A stretch of DNA of 64,000 nt from the IMG/VR virus record IMGVR_UViG_3300006922_000005; one strand, written 5' to 3'. The first letter of the stretch is position 1; every line of letters begins with the position of its first letter. Under the pieces are notes generated by a model, which was not told where the DNA came from, made no database searches, and saw only the letters and a list, made by a program, of their open reading frames with translations. The stretch is from a virus. Taxonomy: Duplodnaviria > Caudoviricetes. Made by a program: the position numbers and the translations under genes. Shown here in pieces: positions 28,868 through 38,497 of the stretch.

Positions 28868-29242
28868 TTATTTTGGCTCGGTGTATGTATAATTCTCATT
28901 GAATCTAACAATAAGATTACCATCATCGTCGATAAAATAAAATTGATCCCTTCCACTAAACTTATATTGATCATATAACGTATTACTATTTGGTTTTCCT
29001 GTTGTATGATTGTAGTTATCAAAACTATAGGTAATACCTTCCCAACTAGAATTTCCAGCATCAGTTGAAACAGTAAGAGTGGTATTTTTATCAATCATAT
29101 CAAATTTTGTATACGTTAGCATTCCGTCGTTGTCGACTGATAACCCGTGAAAACTGTCTTCTCTTGTACCAGCATATTCACCGCCACCGCCGCCGCCTCC
29201 GCCGCCGCCTCCGTCTGCTATAATTCTTGCATTACTTGCCAA
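28868..29242 (-). CDS. Small protein preceding fibre A, with a poly-Gly linker
   Basis: TTG start with GGAG SD and TAAATA upstream; Gly11 tract; FHG...G.L.YT motif shared with 45750..46010. Confidence 0.7.
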   Translation of the reverse strand: MASNARIIADGGGGGGGGGGGEYAGTREDSFHGLSVDNDGMLTYTKFDMIDKNTTLTVSTDAGNSSWEGITYSFDNYNHTTGKPNSNTLYDQYKFSGRDQFYFIDDDGNLIVRFNENYTYTEPK

Positions 29243-29279
29243 AATAGTATCTCCGTTGTAAACTTAAAAGTATTTATGC

Positions 29280-30821
29280 TTATCTGGAAAAACTAATTCC
29301 ACCTGTAAAGTTATACTTTAAACCACTTACAAAGGGTGTTTGTAAATATTTGTTGTTAGCACCATTTAATGCTCTAAAATTTTGATAATCTGTACTAGGT
29401 GTACCAACAGTTGGGTCATTTAGTCTATTATCTACTGCTTGATCTTGTAGCCACGCAAGACAATCTGCTTGTGTATAATAAGGTCTTGCTTGTAATAATT
29501 GAGTTAAAATACCACAAACTTGTGGTGATGCCATTGATGTTCCTTGTAACTTTCTAATTTTGTAACTTGCATTATCAGGGTGTGTTGTACTATTAGCATC
29601 TAAATCTGATCCATTTGGAATTGCCGCTTGGATTGCATATCCAGGAGCAAAAATATCAACTCTTGGTCCTTTTTCGCTAAAGTCTGTAGATTTTTCTTGA
29701 CCTAGTGTATACTCATAATCAATTGCTCCAGTACATATCACATTAGAACTTGCTTGAGGTGTTCCGCCTCGATGATAATATCTATTACCTAGCGTTGAAC
29801 TTGTCCAAAAATTATTATAATCTAATCCAGTTGGTAAGTCCATTTTATGAGCCGCATTACCTGCCGCAGATACTAATATCATTCCTGCTTCAATACAATC
29901 TTCTATATCACTATCAACTGATGTTACTCTTATAGGGTGTGTATAAAGGCCGCCATTTAAGTTTCTTTCTACCATTCCGTATTGTGCTTCAGTCGATGTG
30001 CCTGTCCAAGTTGTACCTCTCCATTGTCCGCCTACAATGTTTGTATATGTTCCGAAATATCCCCAACTCATATTAACTATTGTTGGTCTGTCATTTTTCT
30101 TTAAATTGTGCCATGCTCTCATTAAATTAAAACTTGCACTTACACCATATAAATCTGTATCAAAAATCTTAATAGCATAAATGTCAGCGTTGTTTGCCCA
30201 GCCATATAGTTTTCCTGCTGTTGTACTTGCACAATGAGTACCATGACCATATTGATCAGTATAGTGTTGAGCACCTTGGGTGTAAATACCACTCAATCCA
30301 CTTTCAACTGGCCAATCAATTTGTTTTAATCTTGTAGTTACACCGTCTCTGGTAAGCCATTCAGGATGGCCAACTTCTATTCCACTATCTTGTATTATAA
30401 CATCAACACCTGTACCATCTAAATTATAAGCATGTGTGTAGTCTGATGTTGTTCCTCCAGAATATCTACTTGTGCGTGAAGTACATTCAGCAAATGCCCA
30501 CGGGTAATCAGTATTATCAACTGTGTTATCTCTGTTGTGGTTTCTTACAGGCTCAGTAACATTGTGCATAGGCATTATGCCGTTTTCTGTTTTTGTTCCC
30601 CAACGTACATCTCGTACTCGTGAATCATTTTTTAATGTTTCTGCTTCTTCTTTTGTAAGAACAAAATCAAAGTTACTAATAGAATCTAATTTTTCATTGT
30701 GTAAAGTAATTGAACGTGCAGGTATAGAGTCACTACCAAATGCAGTTGTCATGTTGTTTAAAAATTCGTCAGCGTTTACACCTTTGTGTAGTGTAACTAC
30801 TGCTTTGTTTTCTTCACTCAT
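29280..30821 (-). CDS. Subtilisin-like S8 serine protease
   Basis: Catalytic triad motifs DVIIQDSG, HGTHCAST, GTSMASP; oxyanion-hole motif AAGN; roughly 100-aa N-terminal prodomain-like segment. Confidence 0.92.
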   Translation of the reverse strand: MSEENKAVVTLHKGVNADEFLNNMTTAFGSDSIPARSITLHNEKLDSISNFDFVLTKEEAETLKNDSRVRDVRWGTKTENGIMPMHNVTEPVRNHNRDNTVDNTDYPWAFAECTSRTSRYSGGTTSDYTHAYNLDGTGVDVIIQDSGIEVGHPEWLTRDGVTTRLKQIDWPVESGLSGIYTQGAQHYTDQYGHGTHCASTTAGKLYGWANNADIYAIKIFDTDLYGVSASFNLMRAWHNLKKNDRPTIVNMSWGYFGTYTNIVGGQWRGTTWTGTSTEAQYGMVERNLNGGLYTHPIRVTSVDSDIEDCIEAGMILVSAAGNAAHKMDLPTGLDYNNFWTSSTLGNRYYHRGGTPQASSNVICTGAIDYEYTLGQEKSTDFSEKGPRVDIFAPGYAIQAAIPNGSDLDANSTTHPDNASYKIRKLQGTSMASPQVCGILTQLLQARPYYTQADCLAWLQDQAVDNRLNDPTVGTPSTDYQNFRALNGANNKYLQTPFVSGLKYNFTGGISFSR

Positions 30822-30830
30822 TTACACACC

Positions 30831-33749
30831 TTATGAAATGTTAATTTGACCAACCATGTTGCCATGGAATTGACATTGATAATATAATGTTGATGGTGCA
30901 CCAAATGGAACTTCAAAAATTATTACGCCGTTTGCACTACCTGAAACTCCAGTTGTGTATTGATTTCCTGTACCTGTACCTGCTGTTGTTTTTATTAACA
31001 ACGGATGTGCGCCACCGGTTCCTGTGTTATCAAGGTAATATGTATTACCTCTTCTAAAATATAAATCTGGATCGTTTGGTGTTCCTGTTAAACCAGGTCC
31101 TCCTACTTGATAGTTACTTGCATCAACAGCATTAAATTCATAACGATAACTTGGACCGTTTGCATTAACCCAGTTAGTTCCGTTGTAAACTAACATTTGT
31201 CCTGTTTCAACTGAACTTAGGCTAACATCAGTAAGTTGTGTTAAGTTACTTGCACCGCCACTAGCAGTACTATTAATTGTAACTGTGTCAGTACTATTGT
31301 TAGTAGTAATTGTAATATCTGTTCCAGCAACAAGTGTTAATGTATCTGTTGAAGAGTCTGCTACAACATCATTTTGTCCTGATACTACTATAGTTTCAAA
31401 AGAATTAGAACTACCACCAGAGGCATTAATTGTAATGTTACCTTCAGCATCACTTGCTGTAGTTACATTTGTACCACCTATGATTTTTATACTTTCTCCA
31501 GGACCTACATCTCTAATTGTAGAATCGTCTGCGCCAATACCAAAACTTGTAAGTGTGTTTTCGTCAACGTATTTTTTAGTGGCCGCATCTTGTGCATTTG
31601 TTGGATCTAATAATCTTACAATTTTAGTACCTTGTAAATTAATTTCACCAACAACATCAAATAACAAATCATTTCCAGATTGTAGTGTAGGAGTTCCTGC
31701 ACCGCTACTTTGTATACTAGGTGCATCGATAACTGCCGCTGTAATAGTACCTGTGCTTGTAATAGAGCCCGTTGTGCCGGTGATAGCAACATTTTGTACA
31801 CTTAGAGTGTTTGTACCGTTATTCCACGATAAACCGCTTGATGTGTTTACTAGAGTTGTTCCTGTTGCTGAGTAATAAGCAATTCTACCTGCTAGACCAC
31901 TTGTTACTGTTCCTGAGCCTCCTGATCCTGCACTTGCATTAATTGTAATTTGATCAGTAGTTGGATCAGTTGTAAGTGTAATATTTGATCCTGCTACAAG
32001 TGTTAATGTATCAGTTGTTGAATCTGCAACAACATCTCCTTGACCATTTACACTAATAGTATTAAATGTATTTGCACTTGTGCTTGAATTAATAGTTAAT
32101 GTGTCACCCACAACTGCTGTTGTAATTCCTGTACCACCTGTAATCGTAAGTGTATCAGTTACTGTATTTGCTGTTGCTGTACCACTGTCACTGGCAATGT
32201 TTAACCAGTTAGGTGCATCGTTGTTTATTGTTAGTGTACTTCCTGCAACAATAGTTCCAATTCCTGTACCACCAGCAATAGTAATAGCATCGTCAGTTGT
32301 TGCTGGAGTTACTGTTCCGTTATCACTTACAACACTTGTAAATTTATTTTCATTATCTACAGCAAATGTAATTGTATCTGTAAGATTGTTTGTTGTAATT
32401 GTAAGTCCATCGCCGCCTACTAAAGTTAATGTATCATTTACAACATCAGCGACTACACTATTTTGTCCTGACACAGCAATAGTTTCAAACAAGTTTTGTG
32501 AACCACCTGCTCCGCCTGTGTTTGTAATAGTTACAGTATCGCCTACAATACTTGTAGTGATACCTGTGCCACCTGTAATTGTAAATGTATCAGTTATTGC
32601 GTTTGCAGTTGTAGTTCCTGTATCGGCTGTAAATGTTGCAAATACATTTTGTGAACTAGCAACTGTTCCTGGTTTCCATTTACCTGCAGAACCATCCCAA
32701 ATTAGTGCTTGGTCAGTTAATGGTGCTGTAGTATCTACATTATTAAGATCACTTAATACTGCGGCCGCAACTCTTAAATCTGCTCTAGCATCTGCTCTTG
32801 TGTTTGTAAAATATAAATTATTTGTACCTTCAGATAAACCATCTGTATCTGCAATATTGTTAGGTGCTACAAAGGCAAAGTTTCCTGCGCCATCTGTGCT
32901 TAATAAATCTCCTGACGAACCGTCAACAACATCTACTTTTTCTATAGTAATTAAACTGTTGGGTATTTGTGAATAAGCAATTTGACCACTTAGATCAAAA
33001 AAGTTTGCTACTGTTCCTGCACCGCCACTACCACTGGATACTGTAATAAATGACAAGTTTCCTGATCCGTCTGTAGCAAGTACTTGCCCCATGGTACCAT
33101 CACTAACTTGGAGTTCATTAACTCCAACAGTGTTTGCTTTAAGTTGTACATTATCTGTAGTACCTGTTACATCGCCACCTACATTATAATTAGAAGGAAA
33201 AGTAACATCACCAAAACTTAAAACTCCACTACCATTAGTAGTTAAAAATTGGCCTGCACTGCCATCTGAAAAATTTAGTTCATTTAGTGTAACACTTCCT
33301 GCTGGAACACTTGCACTTGTAATAGGTGAAAATCCTCTAACATTGATTTCAGCACCATCAATTGGTGGACTTTGTGAACTATCTTCTTCAGTAAAACTTA
33401 ATACGTTAGAGTCAAATATTCTAAAATCTTTATTTGCTCTCATTTGAACACCATTGTTTGTTACAATAATGTCATTAGCGTTTGCTACTTCGGTTGTTAA
33501 AATAAATTCGTATGTTGTTCCGTCACCTATAAAGTATTCTGTAAAAGCAAACGGAAATGGTCCCATGCTTCCCCATGCAGATCCGTTGTAAATTTCCATT
33601 ACATTTAAATCTGTGTTATATCGAATTTCACCTTGATTTGGCGAAGGGTTTCTATTTGCTGTATTACCACGCGGTACTGTTATACCCGTGCTACCGTCAA
33701 ATACTAAACTCCCTGATATTTGTCCACTTGATACTCTAGTTCTTGCCAT
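30831..33749 (-). CDS. Repeat-rich tail fibre protein (972 aa) with a C-terminal cupredoxin-like domain
   Basis: Repeats of F.TI.V.GQ..VVAD..TDTLTLV.G..IT.TT; GQ.L.T.G.G.LSF repeats; ends HP...LYYQCQFHGNMVG. Confidence 0.8.
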   Translation of the reverse strand: MARTRVSSGQISGSLVFDGSTGITVPRGNTANRNPSPNQGEIRYNTDLNVMEIYNGSAWGSMGPFPFAFTEYFIGDGTTYEFILTTEVANANDIIVTNNGVQMRANKDFRIFDSNVLSFTEEDSSQSPPIDGAEINVRGFSPITSASVPAGSVTLNELNFSDGSAGQFLTTNGSGVLSFGDVTFPSNYNVGGDVTGTTDNVQLKANTVGVNELQVSDGTMGQVLATDGSGNLSFITVSSGSGGAGTVANFFDLSGQIAYSQIPNSLITIEKVDVVDGSSGDLLSTDGAGNFAFVAPNNIADTDGLSEGTNNLYFTNTRADARADLRVAAAVLSDLNNVDTTAPLTDQALIWDGSAGKWKPGTVASSQNVFATFTADTGTTTANAITDTFTITGGTGITTSIVGDTVTITNTGGAGGSQNLFETIAVSGQNSVVADVVNDTLTLVGGDGLTITTNNLTDTITFAVDNENKFTSVVSDNGTVTPATTDDAITIAGGTGIGTIVAGSTLTINNDAPNWLNIASDSGTATANTVTDTLTITGGTGITTAVVGDTLTINSSTSANTFNTISVNGQGDVVADSTTDTLTLVAGSNITLTTDPTTDQITINASAGSGGSGTVTSGLAGRIAYYSATGTTLVNTSSGLSWNNGTNTLSVQNVAITGTTGSITSTGTITAAVIDAPSIQSSGAGTPTLQSGNDLLFDVVGEINLQGTKIVRLLDPTNAQDAATKKYVDENTLTSFGIGADDSTIRDVGPGESIKIIGGTNVTTASDAEGNITINASGGSSNSFETIVVSGQNDVVADSSTDTLTLVAGTDITITTNNSTDTVTINSTASGGASNLTQLTDVSLSSVETGQMLVYNGTNWVNANGPSYRYEFNAVDASNYQVGGPGLTGTPNDPDLYFRRGNTYYLDNTGTGGAHPLLIKTTAGTGTGNQYTTGVSGSANGVIIFEVPFGAPSTLYYQCQFHGNMVGQINIS

Positions 33750-33826
33750 ACGATTTTCCTTGTTATGTATATTTAGCGTGTAGCCAAAGATACGCTTTAC
33801 GTAAAGTATATAACATAATTAAGTAT

Positions 33827-34582
33827 ATGCTGTTAAAACACAATTATTGGTTCTATACGTCTGCACTATCAAACGAGTTTTGCGATAGTGTACTTGCGTT
33901 AGGCAAAAACAAAATAGAAGAAATCAAACAGAATGAAGGTTCTGCAGAAGGCTGGACGTGGGGAGGCGGAGAAAAAAGTAATAAACCAAAAGCAACCCCT
34001 CAAACAGATAAAACCCGTAGTGAGTTATTTGAACAAGGTGTTGAGCCAGAATCTACTTACGTAAGAGATAGTGAAGTATCTTGGTTAGATGATGAATGGG
34101 TTTATGACGAAATTACTCCATATGTAGAACTAGCAAATTACAATGCAGGATGGAACTTTGATATTGATTTCCACGAATCTTTTCAATTTACAAAATATAA
34201 TCCTGCAGGATTTTATGGTTGGCACAGAGACGGAAACAGCGACCATTTAGGAAAATTTAAAAGATTTATTCCAGGCATAACACAAGAAGATGAAGGTAGA
34301 ATTCCTACAGGACACACACTTAATCCAGATATGGTAGGAAAAGTAAGAAAGTTAAGTGTAACAATTAATATTGCTGAACCTGACAGTTATGAAGGTGGAG
34401 ATTTAAAGTTCGATTTTGGTGAACATACAGACAGCGGAGATCGTTTTCATACATGCGAAGAAATACGCCCACGGGGAAGTATAATTGTATTTCCTAGTTT
34501 TTTACCCCATTGTGTTACTCCTGTAACAAAAGGTACAAGGTACAGTTTAGTACTATGGAGTTTAGGAAGGCCATTTAGATGA
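33827..34582 (+). CDS. PKHD-type 2OG-Fe(II) hydroxylase
   Basis: WHRDG...RKLSVT...YEGGDL.F...IVFPSFLPHCVTPVTKGTRYSLVLW. Start reassigned to MLLKHNYW at 33827 behind TAAGTA. Confidence 0.88.
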   Translation: MLLKHNYWFYTSALSNEFCDSVLALGKNKIEEIKQNEGSAEGWTWGGGEKSNKPKATPQTDKTRSELFEQGVEPESTYVRDSEVSWLDDEWVYDEITPYVELANYNAGWNFDIDFHESFQFTKYNPAGFYGWHRDGNSDHLGKFKRFIPGITQEDEGRIPTGHTLNPDMVGKVRKLSVTINIAEPDSYEGGDLKFDFGEHTDSGDRFHTCEEIRPRGSIIVFPSFLPHCVTPVTKGTRYSLVLWSLGRPFR

Positions 34583-35247
34583 GCGACGAAATTCAAAAAT
34601 TTTTTAAAGATAATAGTTATGTTGTAATCAACAACTTTATAGATAAGCAATTAGCACACTTGCTTTATGAATATATAAAAATAAATGTACAACGTTCAGA
34701 TTACAAATATCAAAATGATATAGATTTATACAACGAGCATTGGGACGGTAATTGGATTGATCCACAAGCACCCGGGGCATACAGTAGGTATGGAGACCCA
34801 ATGTTTGATACAATTTTAAATGAAGCATCTAATACGATGCAAAATTATACAGGCGCTAATACTATTCCTACCTATAGTTATTATAGATTGTATACACAAA
34901 ACGATGAACTAGTAAGACACAAAGATCGACCTAGTTGTGAAATTAGTACAACACTTTGTATTGGTTATGATGTTGAAAATGTAGATCAAAATACATATCC
35001 AGATTATAATTGGCCTATGTGGGTACAAAATAAAAACGGTGAGGAACTACCTGTAAAACTTTATCCAGGTGATATGATTATATACAGAGGTCATGATATA
35101 GATCACTGGCGTGAACCTTTTAAAGGACGTAATCATGCACAGGTATTCTTACATTACAACGACGAAGATGGTCCTTTTGCTAAAAAATGGGATGGCCGTC
35201 CTATTTTAGGTATACCAAGAGGGTTCCAAACAAGGAGAGAAAAATGA
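34579..35247 (+). CDS. 2OG-Fe(II) oxygenase (HxD type)
   Basis: RHKDRPSCEISTT...GDMIIYRG.DIDHWR...QVFLHY. Confidence 0.8.
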   Translation: MSDEIQKFFKDNSYVVINNFIDKQLAHLLYEYIKINVQRSDYKYQNDIDLYNEHWDGNWIDPQAPGAYSRYGDPMFDTILNEASNTMQNYTGANTIPTYSYYRLYTQNDELVRHKDRPSCEISTTLCIGYDVENVDQNTYPDYNWPMWVQNKNGEELPVKLYPGDMIIYRGHDIDHWREPFKGRNHAQVFLHYNDEDGPFAKKWDGRPILGIPRGFQTRREK

Positions 35248-35588
35248 GTTTTAATTTAAACAACCTAAGTGAAGAATTGTTTAATTACGATAATTTAAAT
35301 GATGAACATAAAAAAGCGGCAGTTGAAATATTGCGTCTTATGCAACAACACGGTGACCCTTTAATTGTAAACGAACTAGTTAAGAAAAACTTTGCTTTAG
35401 ATCCTATGCCTAAGATAAACCCTGAAGAAAGTTTATTTGTAAAAGCATGTAAAGAAGGTGGACAATATGTCAACATACAAGGACATGTAGAAGATAATGG
35501 GGTTTTATATCCTGTTTGTAGTATAACAGATGACATAAGAAAATTAGATCAATTATTTGGTGTAATTAAAGATTTTAAAGTTGAATGA
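35244..35588 (+). CDS. Hypothetical protein
   Basis: Start reassigned to MSFNL at 35244 (GGAG SD); ATGA overlaps at both ends. Confidence 0.65.
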   Translation: MSFNLNNLSEELFNYDNLNDEHKKAAVEILRLMQQHGDPLIVNELVKKNFALDPMPKINPEESLFVKACKEGGQYVNIQGHVEDNGVLYPVCSITDDIRKLDQLFGVIKDFKVE

Positions 35589-37246
35589 AAGTAGTAGGTA
35601 TTAATCGTATCCATAATAGTGCAGTGACCTATTTAGAAAATGGGGAACTTAAATTCCATTTGGAAAATGAAAGACTATCAAACATAAAATACGATTCATA
35701 TCCTTTTTTAACATTAAACAAACTAAAAACATATACAAAAGATATTAATAGTCTTGCTATTGCAGGATGTAATAATCTAAAAACTTTTGAAGATTTTACT
35801 TCAAGTGATGTGTATAGCGAATATGTACAAGGTCTAAATAAAAGTTTTTTAGACAAAGGATTTGATGTATGTGATTATGGAATGGACCATCATTTCTTAC
35901 ATGCCGCACATGCTTTTTATAACAGTGGGTTTGACACTGCATTATGTATAGTAAAAGATGGTATGGGCAGTGAGTATCCTATTACAGACAGCAATTTTAA
36001 ATCAGGTAGTTATGGTAGAGAAATATCAAGTGTATTTGAAGGTTCCTATCCTGACATGTTTTATCAAGTTGAAAGAGAAGTTTATGTTCCGTTTGACTGT
36101 AACTATACAAGCGACAATGTAACTTATACAAACACTATAAGTGAAGGATTAGCATTTCAAAAAACAGCAAAACATTTTGGATTTCACGAATTAGATGCTG
36201 GAAAAGTAATGGGAATGGCAAGTTACGGTAAGTCTGATCCTAATGTTCCGCCTATATATGTAGATAATAAAATTAATCCAACATTGTTTAATAATGAATT
36301 ATCAACTACAAAAGAAGTTACATTAAACGTAAAAAATTATCCATATTTAGATACAGATGATTTTCAAATACAAGCAAATTTTGCTCGTGCTTTACAAGAA
36401 GCAACACAACATAAAGTACTGAATGATATAATTAGATTGGTAGAAAAAACTGGACACAATAATGTTTGTTTATCAGGTGGTTATTTTTTAAATTGTGTTG
36501 CCAATTATTATTACAAAAAACGCTTACCAAAAAATATTAATTTATACATAGAACCAATTAGTAGTGATGCTGGAACAAGTTTTGGAGCGGCCAAATACTT
36601 ACATCATACAAGTACTAAAGACACTACTAAAAGGCCTCTTAAAACGCTATACACGGGCCTACAGTACACGTTAACACTTAATGACATACAAACTACTACA
36701 TACGAAAATACAGATGCTAAAACAGTCGCAAATCTAATTGCTGACGGGAATATTGTTGCTATGTATCAAGGTAGAAGTGAAGGCGGGCCTAGAGCATTAG
36801 GTAATAGATCAATACTTTTTGATCCACGCAATCCAAAAGGAAAAGATATTGTAAACACTGTTAAAAACAGAGAATGGTTTAGGCCTTTTGCAGGAACTAT
36901 ACTTTTGGAAAAAGCAAATGATTGGTTTGATATGGCAGGATTAGATGAATCTCCATATATGATGTATGCTGTAGATACAATAAAAAGTAAGATAGATAGT
37001 ATACCTGCAATTAATCATATAGATAATACATGTAGAGTACAAACACTTACACAAAAACAAAATCCAAATTTTCATAAACTAATAAAAGAATTTGAAAGTA
37101 TAACACAAGTTCCTATACTGTTTAATACAAGTTTTAATCTTGCAGGTGATTGTATAGTTGAAACAATACAAGATGCTATAGATACTGTACAAAAAAGCAA
37201 AATTGATTATTTGTATGTTCCTGAATTAGGAGTATTAATAAAATGA
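35585..37246 (+). CDS. Carbamoyltransferase (NodU/CmcH family)
   Basis: HHFLHAAHAF, DG.GS, GKVMGMASYG, LSGGYFLNCVAN, GPRALGNRSIL.DPR, KNREWFRPFA, NTSFN. Confidence 0.92.
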   Translation: MKVVGINRIHNSAVTYLENGELKFHLENERLSNIKYDSYPFLTLNKLKTYTKDINSLAIAGCNNLKTFEDFTSSDVYSEYVQGLNKSFLDKGFDVCDYGMDHHFLHAAHAFYNSGFDTALCIVKDGMGSEYPITDSNFKSGSYGREISSVFEGSYPDMFYQVEREVYVPFDCNYTSDNVTYTNTISEGLAFQKTAKHFGFHELDAGKVMGMASYGKSDPNVPPIYVDNKINPTLFNNELSTTKEVTLNVKNYPYLDTDDFQIQANFARALQEATQHKVLNDIIRLVEKTGHNNVCLSGGYFLNCVANYYYKKRLPKNINLYIEPISSDAGTSFGAAKYLHHTSTKDTTKRPLKTLYTGLQYTLTLNDIQTTTYENTDAKTVANLIADGNIVAMYQGRSEGGPRALGNRSILFDPRNPKGKDIVNTVKNREWFRPFAGTILLEKANDWFDMAGLDESPYMMYAVDTIKSKIDSIPAINHIDNTCRVQTLTQKQNPNFHKLIKEFESITQVPILFNTSFNLAGDCIVETIQDAIDTVQKSKIDYLYVPELGVLIK

Positions 37247-37839
37247 GTATTCAATTAGAACATTGGTTTCCTACTACTATAGGATATGTGTTTAATCCTC
37301 ATCATGATAAAATAGAAAAAGATTTAATTGAGCATTGTAAAAATTTAAAACTGTCTGTAGAGCCGGGTGGACAAGACTGGTTGTCTAAAGATACATATAA
37401 TACTAGTGACGGGAAACATGATTGCTTTGAAGATGAGAAATTTTCTACACTTAATAAATGGGTATCTGAACAAGTTAATAATTATGCTCAAATGCTTAAA
37501 ATTAAAAATACACTAATCCCACACTGTAGTTGGTTTAATATATACGATAAAAATGATTTCCAAGAATTTCATGTACATCCTGGTCTAACTATAAGTGCAA
37601 TTTACATGTTAGCAGGAGACAAAGATAGTGCAAAAATATATTTTAAAAGTCCTAAAAATGAAATGTTTCATATAGAATATGAAGAATTTTCTAGTAACAC
37701 ATTTGGTACTATTAACTACAATGTTGATGCAGGTAAACTATTAATGTTTACTAGTGATACTAGTCATAGTGTAGAACGTCATAATAACAGCAATGATAGA
37801 ATAACAATATCTTACAACTTTATACAAGAAAGAAGTTAA
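37243..37839 (+). CDS. 2OG-Fe(II) oxygenase-like protein (HxH type)
   Basis: SWFNIY...HVHPG..ISAIY...MFTS...HSV...RITISYN. Confidence 0.8.
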   Translation: MSIQLEHWFPTTIGYVFNPHHDKIEKDLIEHCKNLKLSVEPGGQDWLSKDTYNTSDGKHDCFEDEKFSTLNKWVSEQVNNYAQMLKIKNTLIPHCSWFNIYDKNDFQEFHVHPGLTISAIYMLAGDKDSAKIYFKSPKNEMFHIEYEEFSSNTFGTINYNVDAGKLLMFTSDTSHSVERHNNSNDRITISYNFIQERS

Positions 37840-37840
37840 A

Positions 37841-38497
37841 ATGAGTTTTAAAAAGGATTTATATAAAGAAATTAAAAGTGCAGTTCCTAAAGAAGTTTGC
37901 AGAGTAGCGGCTAGAGAATTTGAAATGGCCAAAGACATTGCTACTGCGGCTGTTAGAGACGGACATAAATTTCCATATCAAGACGAGATGGTCGAAAACA
38001 GTTTTAGTTGGTATAGTGCTTTAGCATTTGAAAGTTTAAGTGATACAATAATAAAAGACATTGTTGAAAAAGAAATAGGAGAACCTGTTTTTCCTACATA
38101 TACCTACGCAAGAATATACTACACAGGTGCAGAAATGAAATATCATATTGATAGAAGTAGCAGTGAATTTAGCGTGTCATTATGTGTTAAAACAGATCCA
38201 AACCATCCGTGGCATTTAGGAATGGAAACGTTAAAAGGCGAAAAGAAATATATTATACAAGAGCCAGGTGATGCAGTATTATATAAAGGTAATGAACTTT
38301 TTCATTGGAGAGATCCTTATCCGGGAACAGAACAAATAAATGCTTTTTTCTTTTTTGTAAGAGCAAAAGGACCTAAAGCAGTTTTAAAATATGATACTAG
38401 ACCAATGCTTGGTATGGGTCCTGAAACTCGTAAGTGGGATAGTGATAAACAATGGAAATTATTTCCAGGTCCAAAAGAGAATCCAAACCATGAGTAA
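37841..38497 (+). CDS. 2OG-Fe(II) oxygenase (HxD type)
   Basis: TYARIY...YHIDRSSSEFSVS...GDAVLYKG...HWR. Confidence 0.8.
   Translation: MSFKKDLYKEIKSAVPKEVCRVAAREFEMAKDIATAAVRDGHKFPYQDEMVENSFSWYSALAFESLSDTIIKDIVEKEIGEPVFPTYTYARIYYTGAEMKYHIDRSSSEFSVSLCVKTDPNHPWHLGMETLKGEKKYIIQEPGDAVLYKGNELFHWRDPYPGTEQINAFFFFVRAKGPKAVLKYDTRPMLGMGPETRKWDSDKQWKLFPGPKENPNHE

Noticed and set aside
31200-32700. Regularly spaced repeats as a CRISPR array or non-coding repeat
   Set aside because: They are degenerate in-frame protein repeats with synonymous variation, not identical repeats with unique spacers.
32080-32976. 298-aa plus-strand ORF, and similar ones at 31285, 43181, 47938 and 48595
   Set aside because: Antisense shadows of Thr/Gly/Asp-rich fibre genes, whose codons rarely give stops on the opposite strand; no SD, promoter or motif.
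13688-38490. Longest-ORF starts in the track (13688, 18559, 20244, 33743, 35187, 38391; also 9351, 53557, 58778)
   Set aside because: They extend into neighbouring genes or promoters; downstream Met codons have SD, late boxes or stop-start overlaps and were used instead.
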